Below, piece after piece: positions 1-11,300 of a DNA stretch of 64,000 bases (its first letter is position 1; the number at the start of each line of letters is the position of its first letter). The position numbers and the translations under genes are program-made. The stretch comes from a virus. Location of the stretch: positions 1 through 64,000 of the IMG/VR virus record IMGVR_UViG_3300031705_000002; one strand, written 5' to 3'. The notes under the pieces are model-generated. The model made no database searches, was not told the origin of the DNA, and saw only the letters and a program-made list of their open reading frames with translations.

Positions 1-593
1 GTATAAGTGAGGACAAAGTTAAGCTGATGAAGAAAGGTATTAACTGTAAACACATATCAGAATTCTTTCTTCAATCAACCCCTAACAATGGATTCACTAT
101 GGACGACTCATTAATATCATGGTATACTGCTTCAAAATTGGAAGATATACAAGATTACAAATTCTTAAAAGGTATGAAAGCACTTCATCCTAAACTTAAA
201 GAGGTGTATGACAGACTTAGAGCACGTAGAGATAACACGTATTCTAACTTCAGGTTCGAGAGGATCAGAAAAACAGCAGTAATGACTACTGTAGAGAAAG
301 TGTTTCAATTTCAAGAGTATTGCGAGTCCATAAAAGATGTGGATGATAAAGCAGCTCTGATAGAAGCTAAAAGTGCAGAGCTATTCATACTGTCCGATGT
401 AGGAGAGAGTGTAGCTGTAAATATCAAGGAACTAGCTGAGTATGACAACTTGAAAGAGTTTGCAGATGAAGTTAAACCTCTATTATCTTATATCCAGCAT
501 TTGGAAAGTTATGAGAATATGGACCCAGAACTAGAGAAGGAAGTCCTCATCTACTTGAAGGCGAAAGATAGAGATACTTGGGAAACCTTGTAG
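1..593 (+). CDS. C-terminal part of a protein truncated by the window edge, probably rIIA-like
   Basis: Frame is open from base 3 (ISEDKVKL...) before the ATG at 27, so the gene starts upstream. It lies directly before an rIIB homologue, the usual position of rIIA. No diagnostic motif is visible in this fragment. Confidence 0.45.
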   Translation, partial: ISEDKVKLMKKGINCKHISEFFLQSTPNNGFTMDDSLISWYTASKLEDIQDYKFLKGMKALHPKLKEVYDRLRARRDNTYSNFRFERIRKTAVMTTVEKVFQFQEYCESIKDVDDKAALIEAKSAELFILSDVGESVAVNIKELAEYDNLKEFADEVKPLLSYIQHLESYENMDPELEKEVLIYLKAKDRDTWETL

Positions 594-599
594 TATTAA

Positions 600-642
600 C
601 TTAGCAGCCATATCCAGAAAGACTGGGTATGGCTTTGCTAAG
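600..642 (+). other. Long intergenic stem-loop
   Basis: CTTAGC-AGCCATATCCAG-aaaga-CTGGGTATGGCT-tt-GCTAAG: about 18-bp stem with one G-U pair and a 2-nt bulge, no U-tract. Confidence 0.7.
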
Positions 643-664
643 TCGTTAAAAATTAGTAAATTAG
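634..664 (+). promoter_or_regulatory. Candidate Bacteroidota sigma-70-type promoter for rIIB
   Basis: TTTG (634-637), 19-nt spacer, TAAATTAG (657-664); consensus is TTTG-N19-21-TAnnTTTG, so one mismatch. Lies 22 nt before the ATG. Confidence 0.4.
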
Positions 665-686
665 CAACCAATTAACACCAATAACT

Positions 687-1856
687 ATGATCACAATTAA
701 CGTAATTGAAGGAAAAATCTGCGGATCTTTTGGAGACACTCCATTCGCAGTACCGTACACTGAAGATGTGTACAATGAAATGATGAACCTATCTTCTCAG
801 ATGGAAGGGATAGAATCTATGGAAGACTACAATGATCTTCTAGAGGAATTTAAACCTCTAACAGTAGTAGATTACTCTGCTACAGTTGAAAGTGAGTGCG
901 AGCACTTACACGTAAATCCTGCTACAGGAGAGTTCTTCTTGAAGAATGAGGGCGTTGTATCGTCGATCCCTATGCCTGAAGCATTAGTGGATAGATTGTA
1001 TGACTCTATGGATAAGGGAATCTCTACTGAGCCTCTTATTAAGATGTGGACTAGATGGTTGAGAAACCCTATTCTAGCTGAGAAGTCTAAAAGTTCGAGA
1101 GGAGTAGTATTCTCTGAGAAGTTCTTTAACTTTGTGAACATGATGTATGTACACCCAAAGCTGAAGGAACAGTTAATGGACGAGGAAGGTTTATCCGAGC
1201 GTATCGCAGAAGAAAGAGCTACTATGTACCAAATGAAGATTACTCGTGAAGGGTTATTGAATGGGTACAAGGTCTCTACAGAAGTTATGCACAAGTATGA
1301 CACTGAGTCTGGAGAGCAAGTAGATCGCTATGCTAGAACATTCGATCCTAATACAGGAGAGATTAGTGGTGCAGGCTTACCAGAGAAGGTAGAAGACAGA
1401 CTATTTCAACCCGGTATTATGGGAACAAGTGGTGACGCATTCTACTGTGAGGGAGACAATGGATTTACTTCCCCAGGACACTTCATCAAGGTAGGTTGTA
1501 CTCATAGATTAGCTAGTTGGGACCAAGTAAATACAGACGACAATAGATCGTGTGTTAAAGGTCTCCACTTTGGTGGTCTTAAGTATATCGCATACTACTC
1601 AGGAGAGATTCACAATATCTTTGTAGACCCTATGCATATTGGAGCAGTTCCAGATGATAGAGATGGTGCTATTAGATGTAAGCAGTACTTTGTACATTCC
1701 TCTTTAGCAGGAGTAAATGGATCAATTTACCACAGTTCTACGTATGCTGAACAAACAGATGCAGAGTGGAACCTAATGAGAGCTGAAGCTGTTCTTGTTA
1801 AACTACAAAACAAAGCTTCTATCGACAAGGAAGTTGCAGAGCTTAATGCTTTGTAG
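687..1856 (+). CDS. rIIB: rIIB-like protein
   Basis: C-terminal motifs CVKGLHFGGLKY...VDPMHIGAVPDD...IRCKQYFV match the T4 rIIB family pattern; W.R...NP and IT.EG...GYK.V motifs upstream. Confidence 0.8.
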   Translation: MITINVIEGKICGSFGDTPFAVPYTEDVYNEMMNLSSQMEGIESMEDYNDLLEEFKPLTVVDYSATVESECEHLHVNPATGEFFLKNEGVVSSIPMPEALVDRLYDSMDKGISTEPLIKMWTRWLRNPILAEKSKSSRGVVFSEKFFNFVNMMYVHPKLKEQLMDEEGLSERIAEERATMYQMKITREGLLNGYKVSTEVMHKYDTESGEQVDRYARTFDPNTGEISGAGLPEKVEDRLFQPGIMGTSGDAFYCEGDNGFTSPGHFIKVGCTHRLASWDQVNTDDNRSCVKGLHFGGLKYIAYYSGEIHNIFVDPMHIGAVPDDRDGAIRCKQYFVHSSLAGVNGSIYHSSTYAEQTDAEWNLMRAEAVLVKLQNKASIDKEVAELNAL

Positions 1857-1878
1857 TTGATTGGTGATTAATTGATAT

Positions 1879-1909
1879 AAGGGGGGAAGAGATTCTCCCC
1901 TTTTTATTT
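1879..1909 (+). terminator. Rho-independent terminator after rIIB
   Basis: AAGGGGGGAA-GAGA-TTCTCCCCTT stem with a GNRA loop, followed by TTTATTT. Confidence 0.8.
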
Positions 1910-1927
1910 ACATTTAAAACTTACATT

Positions 1928-2689
1928 ATGAAACCAAAGAAGATTGCACTAATAGATGCAGACAGCTTGATATACTATGAAATGGGTAAACCTACCCTAG
2001 AAGAGGCTATCGAGGGAATAAACAATAGAATAGAAACCATACTCTCTGAAACAGGTGCGGATGAATACGCCGGATTCCTAACAATAGGAAAATGTTTCAG
2101 GTATAACATAGCTAAGACTAAACCTTATAAGTATAATAGAAAGTTTAGTTCTAAACCTCCAATCTTTTACGCGTTAAAAGAGTACTTGCAGCAGGCGCCA
2201 CATAACTTTGTACATGTGTACAAACTTGAGGCCGACGACTGTGTGAGTGTGTACGCTACTGTGATAGCTGAAAATAAGGACAAGTCATTTGTTATATGTA
2301 GTCCTGATAAGGACGTACTTAAACAAGTACCTGGAAAGCATTTCAACTTTCAAAAGTGTGAATGGGTGGATACGAGCGATGAAGATGCTAATAAGTTTTT
2401 GTGGATTCAAACACTTATGGGAGATTCTACAGACGGTATCCCAGGAATCCCAGGTATGGGAATTAAGACATCAGAAAAAATCATAAACGAAACTAAAGAT
2501 CTAGAACACTATCAACAAGTATTAAAAATATACATAGAAAAATTTGGAATTAAGGATGGGGTATGTAAATTTACAGAAACCTTTAATCTTGTATACATGT
2601 TAAGAACACCTGAAGAGGTGCTTAGGTATACAGGAAGTGACCTGCCTGACCTAGTTACGCAGGAAATTTCAAATTCTCTGTGGATATGA
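1928..2689 (+). CDS. 5'-3' exonuclease / flap endonuclease (T7 gp6/T5 D15/Pol I N-terminal family)
   Basis: IALIDADS, YKYNR, EADD, DKD and helix-3-turn-helix GDSTDGIPGIPGMG motifs. Confidence 0.9.
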   Translation: MKPKKIALIDADSLIYYEMGKPTLEEAIEGINNRIETILSETGADEYAGFLTIGKCFRYNIAKTKPYKYNRKFSSKPPIFYALKEYLQQAPHNFVHVYKLEADDCVSVYATVIAENKDKSFVICSPDKDVLKQVPGKHFNFQKCEWVDTSDEDANKFLWIQTLMGDSTDGIPGIPGMGIKTSEKIINETKDLEHYQQVLKIYIEKFGIKDGVCKFTETFNLVYMLRTPEEVLRYTGSDLPDLVTQEISNSLWI

Positions 2690-3414
2690 TAGACATAAAA
2701 AAAACTCAATGGATAGCAAAAGGAGCTAACAAGTTAATGTTAAAAGGGGAGAAATCCGCTTTTAGCACGACGCTTGATGGGGACAAGATAACTTCCGTAT
2801 CATCAAACTCTATTACTATATGTATAGGAGAGACTGTGAAGTACGAAGGGAAACTGCCCTATAAAGTGAACAAGATAAAAAAAGTAGATGGTGGATATGA
2901 ACTAATAGTCGCGGATAAAACCAAAGCCTCTATTTTTATGATGCCTATGCTTACTGGGACCCAGGATCTGTTCTTCTACAACACGTTATTTGTAAACGCC
3001 TTTATAGGTGTGGAAGGTGACTATGATTGTTTAGGACTTCTATATAGATTCTCAGGCAGCTCGACTTTCTTAAAATTTGAACAAGCTTTAAAAAGCTTTA
3101 AAAGTTTTAAAGAAGTACTAGACCCTAGCCCTTATTTTGTACTTTTTGTATTTAATATACCTAAAAAATTTCAAAACGACTACGTAAAATTCATCAAAGG
3201 ACAGTATTCTAGACTGTCCCCTGAGTTAAAAGAAAATATATTTAAATTCCACGGAGTGGATACCAATTCATCTCTAGGACAAATCTTATACAAAAGCGAC
3301 AAACGAAAACTAAGACTAGAAGAGTCTTTAGGAACATCTTTACCTACGAACGCAGAGCTACTGGATATACCAGATCTAAACACTGAGACATTCGACAAAG
3401 AAACTTACCTGTAA
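2686..3414 (+). CDS. Hypothetical phage protein
   Basis: Long ORF. The ATG at 2686 overlaps the previous stop (ATGA), which is more likely than the GTG at 2680. Confidence 0.75.
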   Translation: MIDIKKTQWIAKGANKLMLKGEKSAFSTTLDGDKITSVSSNSITICIGETVKYEGKLPYKVNKIKKVDGGYELIVADKTKASIFMMPMLTGTQDLFFYNTLFVNAFIGVEGDYDCLGLLYRFSGSSTFLKFEQALKSFKSFKEVLDPSPYFVLFVFNIPKKFQNDYVKFIKGQYSRLSPELKENIFKFHGVDTNSSLGQILYKSDKRKLRLEESLGTSLPTNAELLDIPDLNTETFDKETYL

Positions 3415-6400
3415 GGATTAGTTTTATCTTGATCATAGACTTCTATCCATCTTGATACTTGCTTATATCCTGGAAGGAACGGTAGAGAATAATATCCCCA
3501 CGGGGTTTTATCTCTACTATCTTTTCTTCCTGATATTGCATCTACTACCTCATCTTGAGTATTACCCAAAGCTTTTAAAGCATCAGTAAATAAACTAGCC
3601 ATTGGAACAGTACCTTTCATGAACGTCGTTAGATCGTTAGGATTAAGGAGGAATCCTAATTCCATAGCAGTTCTAGATAGTGCTGAATACAACTTACGGG
3701 TTACCCAGTATTTTGTGTAGAATCTCTCCTCATCATCACCTTTGAATCCTAGTATAAGCAATCCTGCTGCTAGCATTAGTATCCCTCTCAACTCTGCTGC
3801 GGCAGCTCTTATTTGTCTAGACCGCATAGTTAAAAACTCATTATATGTAAGCTCCTGTATCTTAGGATCATCCGGATTATTCTCTTTAAACTGCTTAAGT
3901 AGTTTCTTAGCAAGTTCTTCATTTGGCTTCATGTTGTACCCAACACCGAATGTAACAACTTCAGCTGATAGTTTAACTCCTGATACTAGTGCAGATTTTA
4001 CCGTATTCATTATGCCTTCCTCAATTTGGAAAGCCTCACCTGCAATAACACCATACCTACCCATCTCATACGTATCAGCCCTGTGATTATATCTAAAAGG
4101 ACCTACACGTTCTCTAACCATACGAGGCATCCAGTTCTTGAACTGCATCATAACATTCCCTATCAACGTAGTTTGAACTGCGTTAATATCTTGGTCAGAG
4201 ACCTGACCTTTAATGCTACCTGCCACATACTGTGCAATACCTCTGAATTTTCTATAACCTTGCTCAGATAGGGCCCCATAACTAAGAGTTCCACCTTCTT
4301 GTAGTGACTCTTGGGCTAATTCAAACATAGATTTAGACCCTTCTGGTAATAAATCTAATTTCTTAGGCATCCCATTGGCGTCTACGCCGTAATTCTGCAT
4401 CATAGCAACAAGAATGTTGTTGTCAATCATCTCATCAGCTTTTCTGTACGGATAGTAAAGCTTATCCATAGTAACATACTTTGTAAGCTTACTAGCTGAT
4501 AGATCATTCGCACGTCTATGTGTTACATCATCTTGCCATATTTGGAAATCATCCACTACAGCTCTGTATACATCTGTTTGCCTTGCAAGTAGAACATGTG
4601 TTTTATTCAACTGCTTGTTTGTATAGTGCAAACCTTTAGCTCCCTCAAAATAGGCGTTAGCCTTTGCTGCGAGGTATGCCGCTGTACCAGGTACGATTGC
4701 TATAGCTAATACCTTGGCCCCAAAGTACTGTTTGGCACTTAGTATCATTTTATTCATACTATACCCTCCTATATCCTTATCTGTACTTTGGATCTTTTGT
4801 CCGTACACATAGTAATTTAAGTATAGCTGCTCAAATAATTCCTGAGTATCTTTAGAATATAGCTTGTTACCCAGTTTACCTGTGGCCTCTCTAACTACAT
4901 TTCCTTTTAAATCCTCTGTAAGAGCAGGATTGTCAATAATAAAGTTACCTAATGCTAATATAGGAGCCTCAATCTCTGCTTTATTTGCATAATTGTGTGC
5001 TGTTTTACCCATTAAGTACAATGCGCGCCCAAGATCCTTAGTCTTAGTCCCATCTGTAATGGTGTTCTGATACAATAAAGGTATAGAAGGCTCTAACACA
5101 CCTGTAACCGGATTTCTTATTCCGTGCTCTCCTTGATCTTGACTAATCTTAAGTCCTTCTAAGGTAGTATCCATGGTTAAACTGTGCGTACCACTACCTA
5201 AAGAATCTATAAGATCCTCTTGTATGTTGGCAACAAAGTTACTCTTAATAGACATACCAGTCATATCTGCGAATTCCCTGTTGGTCTTCTCGTAGAACTC
5301 AAAGAATTCCTTAAGAGGCGCTTCTTTGTGTATTTTTGAGTACTCTTCTGAGTAATATGTAGCTTCTTTTTCAGGGTTTAACTCTAAATGGTACCAAGCT
5401 TTCTTACTGCTCCACGCACTATTTCTAGATAAGTCATGTGTAGCTAGCCATGCATTTCGCATTTGCTCTCTTTGCTGAGCCTTATCTTTAATTAGTACAT
5501 CCTTGTTAGTTGCCGCATCCCATTCATAGTAATCTGCATTACGCTCTTCAATACGCGCAAATTCCCTTTTCTTCCACTGCTCAAATTTTACTTTGTAGCC
5601 TTCTTTAGCCTGGAAGTTATCCTTAAGCCATACTATATCATTATCCTTTTGAGCTTGTTCCAGTCTTTTGTAGTATACCTCAGAGTGCTTACCCCAAAGA
5701 TTACCCGTCTCAGGGTTAATCATCATAGAGTATGCATCCATTGTGGACATGTTATTACTTTTTGCCCACGCTGTTACCTTATCCTGCTTTTCTATTATAT
5801 TCTTCTCAAGAGTAGCTTGTGCTTTACGCGTTTTTTCTTGGGCCTTATCTATAAGAGACCAAGCAGTTTGAAATATAGGATGAGAAAATTCAGATGCAGT
5901 ATTGAATAGCTTTTTAAAGAATCCAAGCTCTTTCACACTACGAGTATTGTTTTGGATACCAGCAGCGTTCCCCATTTCTAAAGTACGCGCTGCATTCTCA
6001 TCTCTAAGAAGGCCGTATGTTCTTTCTATAGGTCCTGCATATTTATCCATAACCTCTTTAAGCCTTCTTCTTTCCGTGTCGGTAGAATTAGCTAGTACAT
6101 CCTTAAAGTATTCCCCAGTTTCTAGGGCCATAGTTCTGTATAAAGAGAAACTCTCAAGTAGATCTGTTATCTCTTCTATTTCCATGTAGTCAGGATTAAG
6201 AGAACCGTCGTCTAGAAGTGGTTGTTTATGCTCTAGTTTTCGTTTTATAAGAATCATCTTATTCCTAACGTCTGCTAGTATATTTCCAACCCCTCCACTC
6301 AACTGTAGATCTTGTATAGCATTCTGAAGGCTCATGATCTCTGCATTTATTGTAGACCACTTCTCGCCGTTAACTTTTTTAAGTTTGGCTTCCAGCTTTT

Positions 6401-8363
6401 TTTGTCTTGCAGAAAACTTTGTAATAAGGTTATCAATACCCTTGTCTCCGAATAGTTCAGCTGCTACAGGTATTTGTTTTAAGAACTCACTGTCCATATC
6501 CATTTGAAGCAACGTCACTTTAGGAGTTAGTTCAAAAACCCCATTAACTTTCTGTTGCTCATACTGAACATGTATTGGAACAATCCTAGATTTTCTTATC
6601 TTTGATATTCCATACTTACGCATTAAGATGTCTTTGTATGCACTAATCTGCATATTATACCCATCCATCTTTGGTCCAAAAGGACTAGATATTAGTTTAG
6701 TGCTTGCCCCATACCCAACTACGGCGTTATCTCTAGAACTAGGAGTCGTAAACTTGTAATCATATATGTCAGCGCTGTTGTCAGAGTATAGTATTACTAA
6801 ATCTGCTGTACCAGCTGTGTCTTCATGTACAATACCTTTCTTACCGTCCGGGTCATATACTACCTGTTCTGTAAACACAATGAATTCACCCTCTTTACCA
6901 GTAGTTTTGTTGATCTCTTCTTGCTGCTTCTTAGCTTGCAGGTATATACGATTAATACCCTTTGCTAAAGTGTTGAATTGAGCCTGAGTTAAGCCAGAGT
7001 CCTTGAATATTGCATCTTTGTCGCCCGTTTTATGCGCGATAAGCTCCATTATTCTTTGGGAAGTGTTATGGTGGTGCGTTCCACCCTCTCTTTTTATCTC
7101 ATTGTCTTTATTCTTGTTAATTTCTGCAGCTTTTTCCTTGCCGCCTACTTTCTTAACAAACTTTGCTTGATTTCTATCAGTAATACGATTCCATATTATC
7201 TTATCCTCATCAAGCATCTTATACCTGTTACTCTGACCTGACTCGTCTCCAATAAGAGACTCTCCATCCTTGGCCATTTTCTCTATTTCCTCATTCGCTA
7301 CTGAAACCTGTTCTATGTTAGCAGTAGTTTTGTTGAACATGTCCACAGTTCTAGCGACTTTTTCTTCATCACTCTTGGGGGCCTCGTCTTCTAGCTCGTA
7401 GAAAGGAACTTGCCCCAGAGTTGCAGTACGCGCATTCTGTATGTTGTTAACCTGTTTGTTTATAAGACTTAAAGCAGCTCTCATATATGGATCTTCACTA
7501 GGTTTCTTGAACATCCCTTTGATGAATCTCAGAACCTTGTCAAACCATCGTTCTGCTCTAGCAGCCTTGGTAGGAAACTCTCCCGTTACTTCGCCGGCTA
7601 CAATTATCTGCGCGATAACCTTACCTACGGCCTCTTCCTTAAGTCTTTCTACGTCGTTGTTGTATACTTCTGAATACTGATCTACTACCTCTTGGTATAA
7701 ATCATAACTTACTATCTCATCCATCATAGACCTATACAAAGGACTATTTTCAGACTTGAGAATCTTTACAAAAAAGTGAGCTGCCTCTTCTGGTAGAGTA
7801 CTTAGACCGGCCTTACCTTCAACTACTTCTACAACCCTGTTAAGCATGTCAGCTTTTGCAACAGCATTCATAGGGTTACCATTCGCATCTAATATTTCAC
7901 TTACAATCTTATAATCTACATTAATAAGCTTAAAGAAGTCCTGCATTTTAAGGTCTAACTCTAGAAGAGGGTTACCTTTTGCCACCATTTGGTACTCAGG
8001 AGGTAGAAAATCTCCTACGCTATTAAATACACCTGCAGCCATTTCTGTTGGTGACTGCATAAACTTATCCCTATTATAATTCTCAACTATCTTATACTCA
8101 TACAAAGTAGATTGACCTAACTGCGTAAAGTTCACTCTATGCAATGTACCCATCTTCTTGTTGTACTCCTTTAACCGTGCAAGTGTGTTCTTAACCTGTG
8201 TGTTAGACAAACCCCTTTTAGGGTTCGCCGGAAGCTTGAGATCTACCTGAGTGTTAGGTATCTTATTATTGTTCTTTGTATATAAAGAGTATGTAGAAAA
8301 ATCACCTATTGCTCCAGATAATTTTTTCCAATCCGGGTGTGATTTATTAGGACAAGTTGCCAT
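3405..8363 (-). CDS. Large virion cargo protein with a degenerate zincin-like domain and a PD-(D/E)XK nuclease domain
   Basis: EEAAHFF (7776-7790) plus later KEEAVG; GTHHH...AGTADLVI...IYDYKF...QISAY (core about 6750-6815); hydrophobic C-terminal segments; last gene after the virion RNAP, as in crAss-like genomes. Confidence 0.75.
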   Translation of the reverse strand: MATCPNKSHPDWKKLSGAIGDFSTYSLYTKNNNKIPNTQVDLKLPANPKRGLSNTQVKNTLARLKEYNKKMGTLHRVNFTQLGQSTLYEYKIVENYNRDKFMQSPTEMAAGVFNSVGDFLPPEYQMVAKGNPLLELDLKMQDFFKLINVDYKIVSEILDANGNPMNAVAKADMLNRVVEVVEGKAGLSTLPEEAAHFFVKILKSENSPLYRSMMDEIVSYDLYQEVVDQYSEVYNNDVERLKEEAVGKVIAQIIVAGEVTGEFPTKAARAERWFDKVLRFIKGMFKKPSEDPYMRAALSLINKQVNNIQNARTATLGQVPFYELEDEAPKSDEEKVARTVDMFNKTTANIEQVSVANEEIEKMAKDGESLIGDESGQSNRYKMLDEDKIIWNRITDRNQAKFVKKVGGKEKAAEINKNKDNEIKREGGTHHHNTSQRIMELIAHKTGDKDAIFKDSGLTQAQFNTLAKGINRIYLQAKKQQEEINKTTGKEGEFIVFTEQVVYDPDGKKGIVHEDTAGTADLVILYSDNSADIYDYKFTTPSSRDNAVVGYGASTKLISSPFGPKMDGYNMQISAYKDILMRKYGISKIRKSRIVPIHVQYEQQKVNGVFELTPKVTLLQMDMDSEFLKQIPVAAELFGDKGIDNLITKFSARQKKLEAKLKKVNGEKWSTINAEIMSLQNAIQDLQLSGGVGNILADVRNKMILIKRKLEHKQPLLDDGSLNPDYMEIEEITDLLESFSLYRTMALETGEYFKDVLANSTDTERRRLKEVMDKYAGPIERTYGLLRDENAARTLEMGNAAGIQNNTRSVKELGFFKKLFNTASEFSHPIFQTAWSLIDKAQEKTRKAQATLEKNIIEKQDKVTAWAKSNNMSTMDAYSMMINPETGNLWGKHSEVYYKRLEQAQKDNDIVWLKDNFQAKEGYKVKFEQWKKREFARIEERNADYYEWDAATNKDVLIKDKAQQREQMRNAWLATHDLSRNSAWSSKKAWYHLELNPEKEATYYSEEYSKIHKEAPLKEFFEFYEKTNREFADMTGMSIKSNFVANIQEDLIDSLGSGTHSLTMDTTLEGLKISQDQGEHGIRNPVTGVLEPSIPLLYQNTITDGTKTKDLGRALYLMGKTAHNYANKAEIEAPILALGNFIIDNPALTEDLKGNVVREATGKLGNKLYSKDTQELFEQLYLNYYVYGQKIQSTDKDIGGYSMNKMILSAKQYFGAKVLAIAIVPGTAAYLAAKANAYFEGAKGLHYTNKQLNKTHVLLARQTDVYRAVVDDFQIWQDDVTHRRANDLSASKLTKYVTMDKLYYPYRKADEMIDNNILVAMMQNYGVDANGMPKKLDLLPEGSKSMFELAQESLQEGGTLSYGALSEQGYRKFRGIAQYVAGSIKGQVSDQDINAVQTTLIGNVMMQFKNWMPRMVRERVGPFRYNHRADTYEMGRYGVIAGEAFQIEEGIMNTVKSALVSGVKLSAEVVTFGVGYNMKPNEELAKKLLKQFKENNPDDPKIQELTYNEFLTMRSRQIRAAAAELRGILMLAAGLLILGFKGDDEERFYTKYWVTRKLYSALSRTAMELGFLLNPNDLTTFMKGTVPMASLFTDALKALGNTQDEVVDAISGRKDSRDKTPWGYYSLPFLPGYKQVSRWIEVYDQDKTNPYR

Positions 8364-8366
8364 AGA

Positions 8367-11300
8367 TTAACATTTAAAGTAAGTTTCCATTGTTTGGATA
8401 AAGCCTGCAAGTGCAGGATTAGTAGTAGCTGGTAACACTAAGACAGCGTTATCATTTGCATCTATCAGAGCTTTTAATCCACTAAGCATAGCATCATAAG
8501 TAGCTCCAGGGATAGCCTGCGCATCTACTGGTCCCAAACCTAGCAAAGATACTAAGAATTTCTTCTTAGGACTCTTTTGCATTGTATTATTTAGATTTCC
8601 AATTTGAGTTATAAAGTCTTGTAATGTTGGCGCGGCATCTTTAGAGGCCTTAACCGGTACTGATACTAAACCAGGTTTAGCTGTGTACGTTCTTCCAACT
8701 TCCAATCCTTTAGCTTTTGCTATAGAGGACAGACCATTTAAACTTCCATCTTGATTAGTGGATATTACAGGGATACCATCTAAAGAGAATATATCACCCT
8801 GTACAACCTTTTGTCCTGAAGCCACTTTCGGGGCAACATTAATAGGTGTAGGCTCTAAAGGTTGAAGTATGTCTTTAAGATTTCTATCTGCAGTTTTAGA
8901 CGTCCAATCTATATTATCTCTCGTAATGTTGTTCTTACGAATGATAGAGATAGGTTTAGCTAACCCATATTCCTTCAAGAACATTCCATCTCCTAGTGTA
9001 GGTATCTGTACCCACTTAACTGTCTTCCACTCTCGCGGTGCGTTAGCATAAGATTTACCTTCATCTAACCATTGTATCAACAAAGCTTGATTCTCTAGCA
9101 TTCCTGGAGCCAGTTTGAATAAGTAAACCTCTTTTATGCTTTGGCTTCTCTTCTTCTTTAGCTTCTTCTCTTCAACGCTAAGCGACGTATCTTCTAATTC
9201 TACAGTTATGTAGTCTTTTAAGATACCCTTTGTAGGCATAGGACGAGAAGATATATTTCTATTTACAGTAACCTCATCCTTTTTTAACTTCTTGTACTGC
9301 CCCATAGACATAGCCTCATAATCCTCACGTGTAAGGAATTGAGTTTTAAACCTCTCTACTGCAAATTCATTTTTATAATTATTTCTAATGAATTGCTCAG
9401 AGAATACGCTTAAGTCTTGTTGGCCAGGATTAAATAAGAAGTTCTTAATGATAGGTTGAACTACTCTCATGTAGTGTTCTGTAGGTATAATATCTAAGAA
9501 CGATATAGGAGATGTCATTTGACCCGACTGTAAGATGATGAACTTAACAATGTCATCAGCTAGGGCAGGATCCTTATCCATAAGGATTTGGAAGTCCTCT
9601 ATTAGTACGTTTCTATCGTACGACGTAAGACGTTTAGAGAACTTCTTAAGATTCTCTATACGGAACTTAGTATCTGTAGGATCGTACTTCTGTAGTATAG
9701 GGAATAGCTCATTAAGAATCAACGACTTTTCGTTACTCTTACGCATTTCATCCTTCATGTGCTTGATACGTCTAGGTAAACTAGGAGTACTTTCATTCCC
9801 CTGGAATAATCTAGATGCATGTGTGAAAATCTCATTCCCCTTGTCACCAACGGTAGACAGTATGAAGGATACAAAGTTATGCTCCACTAAATCTCCGTAC
9901 TTAGCTTTATCTTCTAACGATAATGAACGAGTCATTACACGGATCAATAGATTTGATACTACCTCCTTAGCGTCCTCATCTTTATCAGACATAAATATGT
10001 CGTTAAAGATTTGGCCACCTTCTCTTTGTGCATCCTCGAAACTTCTCTGGAAACTTTCTTCCAAGTACTTGTCAAGGTTGTTAAACTTGTTGTCCATTAT
10101 TAATGTAGACAATTGAAGGTCTCTAATACGAGTTTCCATTCTACTCTTAGAAGTCATACCACCACGATCACCTAATACTGCTTGCGACAGTTGAGATAAA
10201 GGACCTGCAATATTTACTGATACCGAGTCATATAGATCCAGCATATCAATCTGTGCTAAGTAGTAATCATGTATTTCCTCTTTTGTAAGGGCAGTCAAAC
10301 CTACTGCTTCTGCTATAGATTTACCTGCTGTAATAGCATTCTCATACGCAACCAGTTCAGAAGTTCTTTTTAGTAAAGTCTCTAACTCTTCTATAGTACC
10401 AAACCCTGCGCTTGTAGGCGTATACCCTTCAGGCATGTCAGGACTAAATGAGTTTATTTCTTCTTTAACTTTTTCAATTACATCCTCTCTCTTTACCCCA
10501 GGTAAATCAGTTTGCATTGCTACATACCTAGTTAGACCTCCTTGGGTCATGTATCTTGTTACATACTCTAATGGTACTCCTACTCTTAGTAGTCCAAAGT
10601 ATGCTCCGGCAGTTATCAAGTTAGCATTTATGTCAAATACAAATGGATCATTTGCAACATCTACGAATGCATTAATGAATTCACCAATAACCTCTGAAAT
10701 ATAGTTGGTACCTGTAACGTCTTTAGCGTATCCTACGCCGTAAGATACGTTTCCGTCTGCATCTATGATAGCTTCGTGGTGTGGGAAAGGAATACCAAGT
10801 AGTTCTTTTGCTCTTAACGCTAACCCAGCACGTTGTGCCTTTATTTGGTGCGTATTAGTAACAGCTGCTACCCCTAATGCTTGTTTACCTACCCAGAATC
10901 GTGTACCCATCTCTTGGATGTATTCAAATTCCATAAGCTTAGAGAAGTCTATCTTTTCTTGTGACTTTCCTTGAACACCTCTTACCTCATTAGCCTGACC
11001 TTTAAGTCTATCTGCTCCTACTGGACGGATAAGCTGCTCGAAGTTCATTGGGTGTAACACAATCTCTCTAGATTTAGAAAGTATAGCATTATCAATTGCT
11101 TTTTGAGCGTTTTGTCTCTCAATAGAGATAGTTGGGTTCTTTTTAGCAAGGTCAGTAGTTAAAGCACCTTCTAGCTGCTTGTCCATCTTTTCAAAAAGAC
11201 TTTCAATTTTACTAAGTTGACTTTGAAGACTAACATCTGCTCCCGCATCATCTACTCCTATTGTTTTGATAAGTTTAGAAAGCTCTATACCTATCTCATA

